Shown here piece by piece: positions 62,386 to 64,000 of a stretch of 64,000 bases of DNA; within the stretch, counting starts at the first letter, position 1, and the number at the start of each line of letters is the position of its first letter. Both the position numbers and the translations under genes were made by a program. This DNA comes from Octopus sinensis. Its lineage: Eukaryota. The stretch covers positions 148,304,001 through 148,368,000 of the forward strand of contig NC_043000.1 of assembly GCF_006345805.1 (NCBI RefSeq). The letters run 5' to 3'. The notes beneath the pieces are model-generated. The model ran no database searches. It was given only the letters and a program-made list of their open reading frames with translations, and was not told where the DNA came from.

Positions 62386-62649
62386 TTATATATATATATA
62401 TTTCTTGGAGTCTTTAAAATGTAATGTAGAAATAAACATGCACTTATTTTAAAGGCTTTGAGGAAGCTATAAGGAAATGCACAAGGGCTCAGTTCAGAGT
62501 ACAGTACTTTTCATAGAAAAACAGTTGCAAGCAATGAAGTTGATTAAGTAATTCTTGCTCCCTTGTCATTCTATTAATTCATATATATTTTATACATACA
62601 CACACATATATATATTTACAATATACTCATATATACATATATATATTTA

Positions 62650-62973
62650 CTGCCAGTGGCATGTAAAAAAGCACCATCCAAATGTAGTTGATACCAGCCC
62701 CACTGCCCTGACTAGCTCCTGTGCTGGTAGCACATAAAAAGCACCATCCGAACATGGCTGATGCCAGTGCCGCTTGACTGGCTCCAGTGCCAGTGGAATG
62801 TAAAAAACACCCACTATACCCTCAGTGGTTGATGTCAGGAAGGGCATCCAGCTGTAGAAACATTGCCAGATCAGATTGGAGCCTGGTGCACCTTCCTAAT
62901 TTACCAGTCCCCAGTCAAACTGTCCAACCCATGCCAGCATGGAAAACAGATGTTAACCGATGATGATGATGAT
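62650..62973 (+). mobile_element. SINE family D (diverged)
   Basis: Ends ccatgccagcatggaaaacagatgttaacc(gat)n. Confidence 0.8.
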
Positions 62974-63399
62974 ATTTATAATATACTTTTATATATAATA
63001 TACATATATATTTATAATAGGTACAGGTGTGGCTGCATATTTAATTAAGTTTGTTCCACAACCACCTGATTCCAGGTGCAGCTGCACTGCATGGAACCTT
63101 CAGCAAAATGGAAACTGAAAGAAGCCCACTGCAGTGTGTATGTGTGTGTGTGTGTGGGGGGGGGTTGTAGTAGTAGAAGGGACTTACCCATACAATAAGA
63201 CTAAATCCAAAACCACATGCTGGGAACAACACAGCTATGCCTATATACACATCTACACATGTTTACACATACACATCTATATATATGTTTATGTGTATGG
63301 ATATATGTGTGTGTCTGCATGTATATATATCATTGTAACCTCTCTTGGACTCATGACCATTGTATCATATCAGGTTACATCTTGAAGGTTATGCTTTTG

Positions 63400-64000
63400 C
63401 AATCAAAAAGCAGGAGATAGCTAAAAATACTTAAAAGGGATGGTGGAAGCCCTGAAACCCCAAGATGCAACCAAAAATGTTGATTATGTCACACTTCTGT
63501 GGAAGGCATTACTTATGTGATCAACAGCTGCCAAAAACATGTCATCAAGTTACTATCTCCCATTGCCATATGCTGTTGCTTGCTAAAACAATATACAATG
63601 TCATCTGTGAGAAAAAAATGTCCTGGGATAAAAATAGACAATGCTCCTATTGAATATATATACATATCAACACAAGGAATATTGGTGGAACATTCCATTA
63701 AAACACTGCCAAAAGTAAACATAACAGACCTGACATAGCTGGCCAAGAGAGGAAAGAAAAATTATGTATAGACAGAAGACATCAGCTGTAATGCAGATGT
63801 GATAATTTGTTCCAAAACCAGTGAGAAGAAGAATATTTATGGATACTGCTTTGAAACTTCCAGTTTTTGTATCCTGATTATAAATTCACATTTATATCAA
63901 TAGTTATCGGTGCATTTGGTTATGCAAGCTTTTGTAGATTGTCATTGAAACGTTTGCTAAAGATTTTCAAGCGAAGTAAGGCAACCAGCTAATGTGTTCT
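63400..64000 (+). pseudogene. Degraded R4/Dong-like non-LTR retrotransposon, CCHC + restriction-like endonuclease region
   Basis: EGITYVINSC (CCHC remnant), aaacataacagacctgac = KHNRPD, then SEKKNIYG..L.NFQFLYPDYKF; frameshifts present; runs off the window end. Confidence 0.7.

Overview
AT-rich, repeat-saturated eukaryotic (animal) DNA. It looks intronic or intergenic, and no host gene can be identified with confidence. The repeat families (tRNA/CORE-like SINEs carrying (TA)n/(GT)n tracts, RTE-tailed SINEs, RTE/CR1/R4-Dong LINE fragments) match what I recall of octopus (coleoid cephalopod) genomes; this is inference, not a database result. Contents: at least four SINE families (called A, C, D, E here), degraded LINEs, two non-autonomous Helitrons, piggyBac-type and mariner-type MITEs, Penelope-like ends and large compound (GT)n satellites. 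The ORFs over 1000 aa at 38.2-41.4 kb are satellite artefacts. Most interesting signals: (1) minimal type I hammerhead-ribozyme motifs in three different repeat ends, one of them in a tRNA-headed (Pol III-like) element that forms a 345-bp head-to-head palindrome at 47.6-48.0 kb; (2) a 62-bp-arm fold-back hairpin formed at a SINE tail palindrome (33.0-33.2 kb); (3) SINE-internal microsatellites that act as insertion sites and satellite seeds; (4) a candidate two-exon 3' end of an unidentified minus-strand gene at 26.8-27.1 kb. All coordinates were counted by eye and may be off by a few bases.
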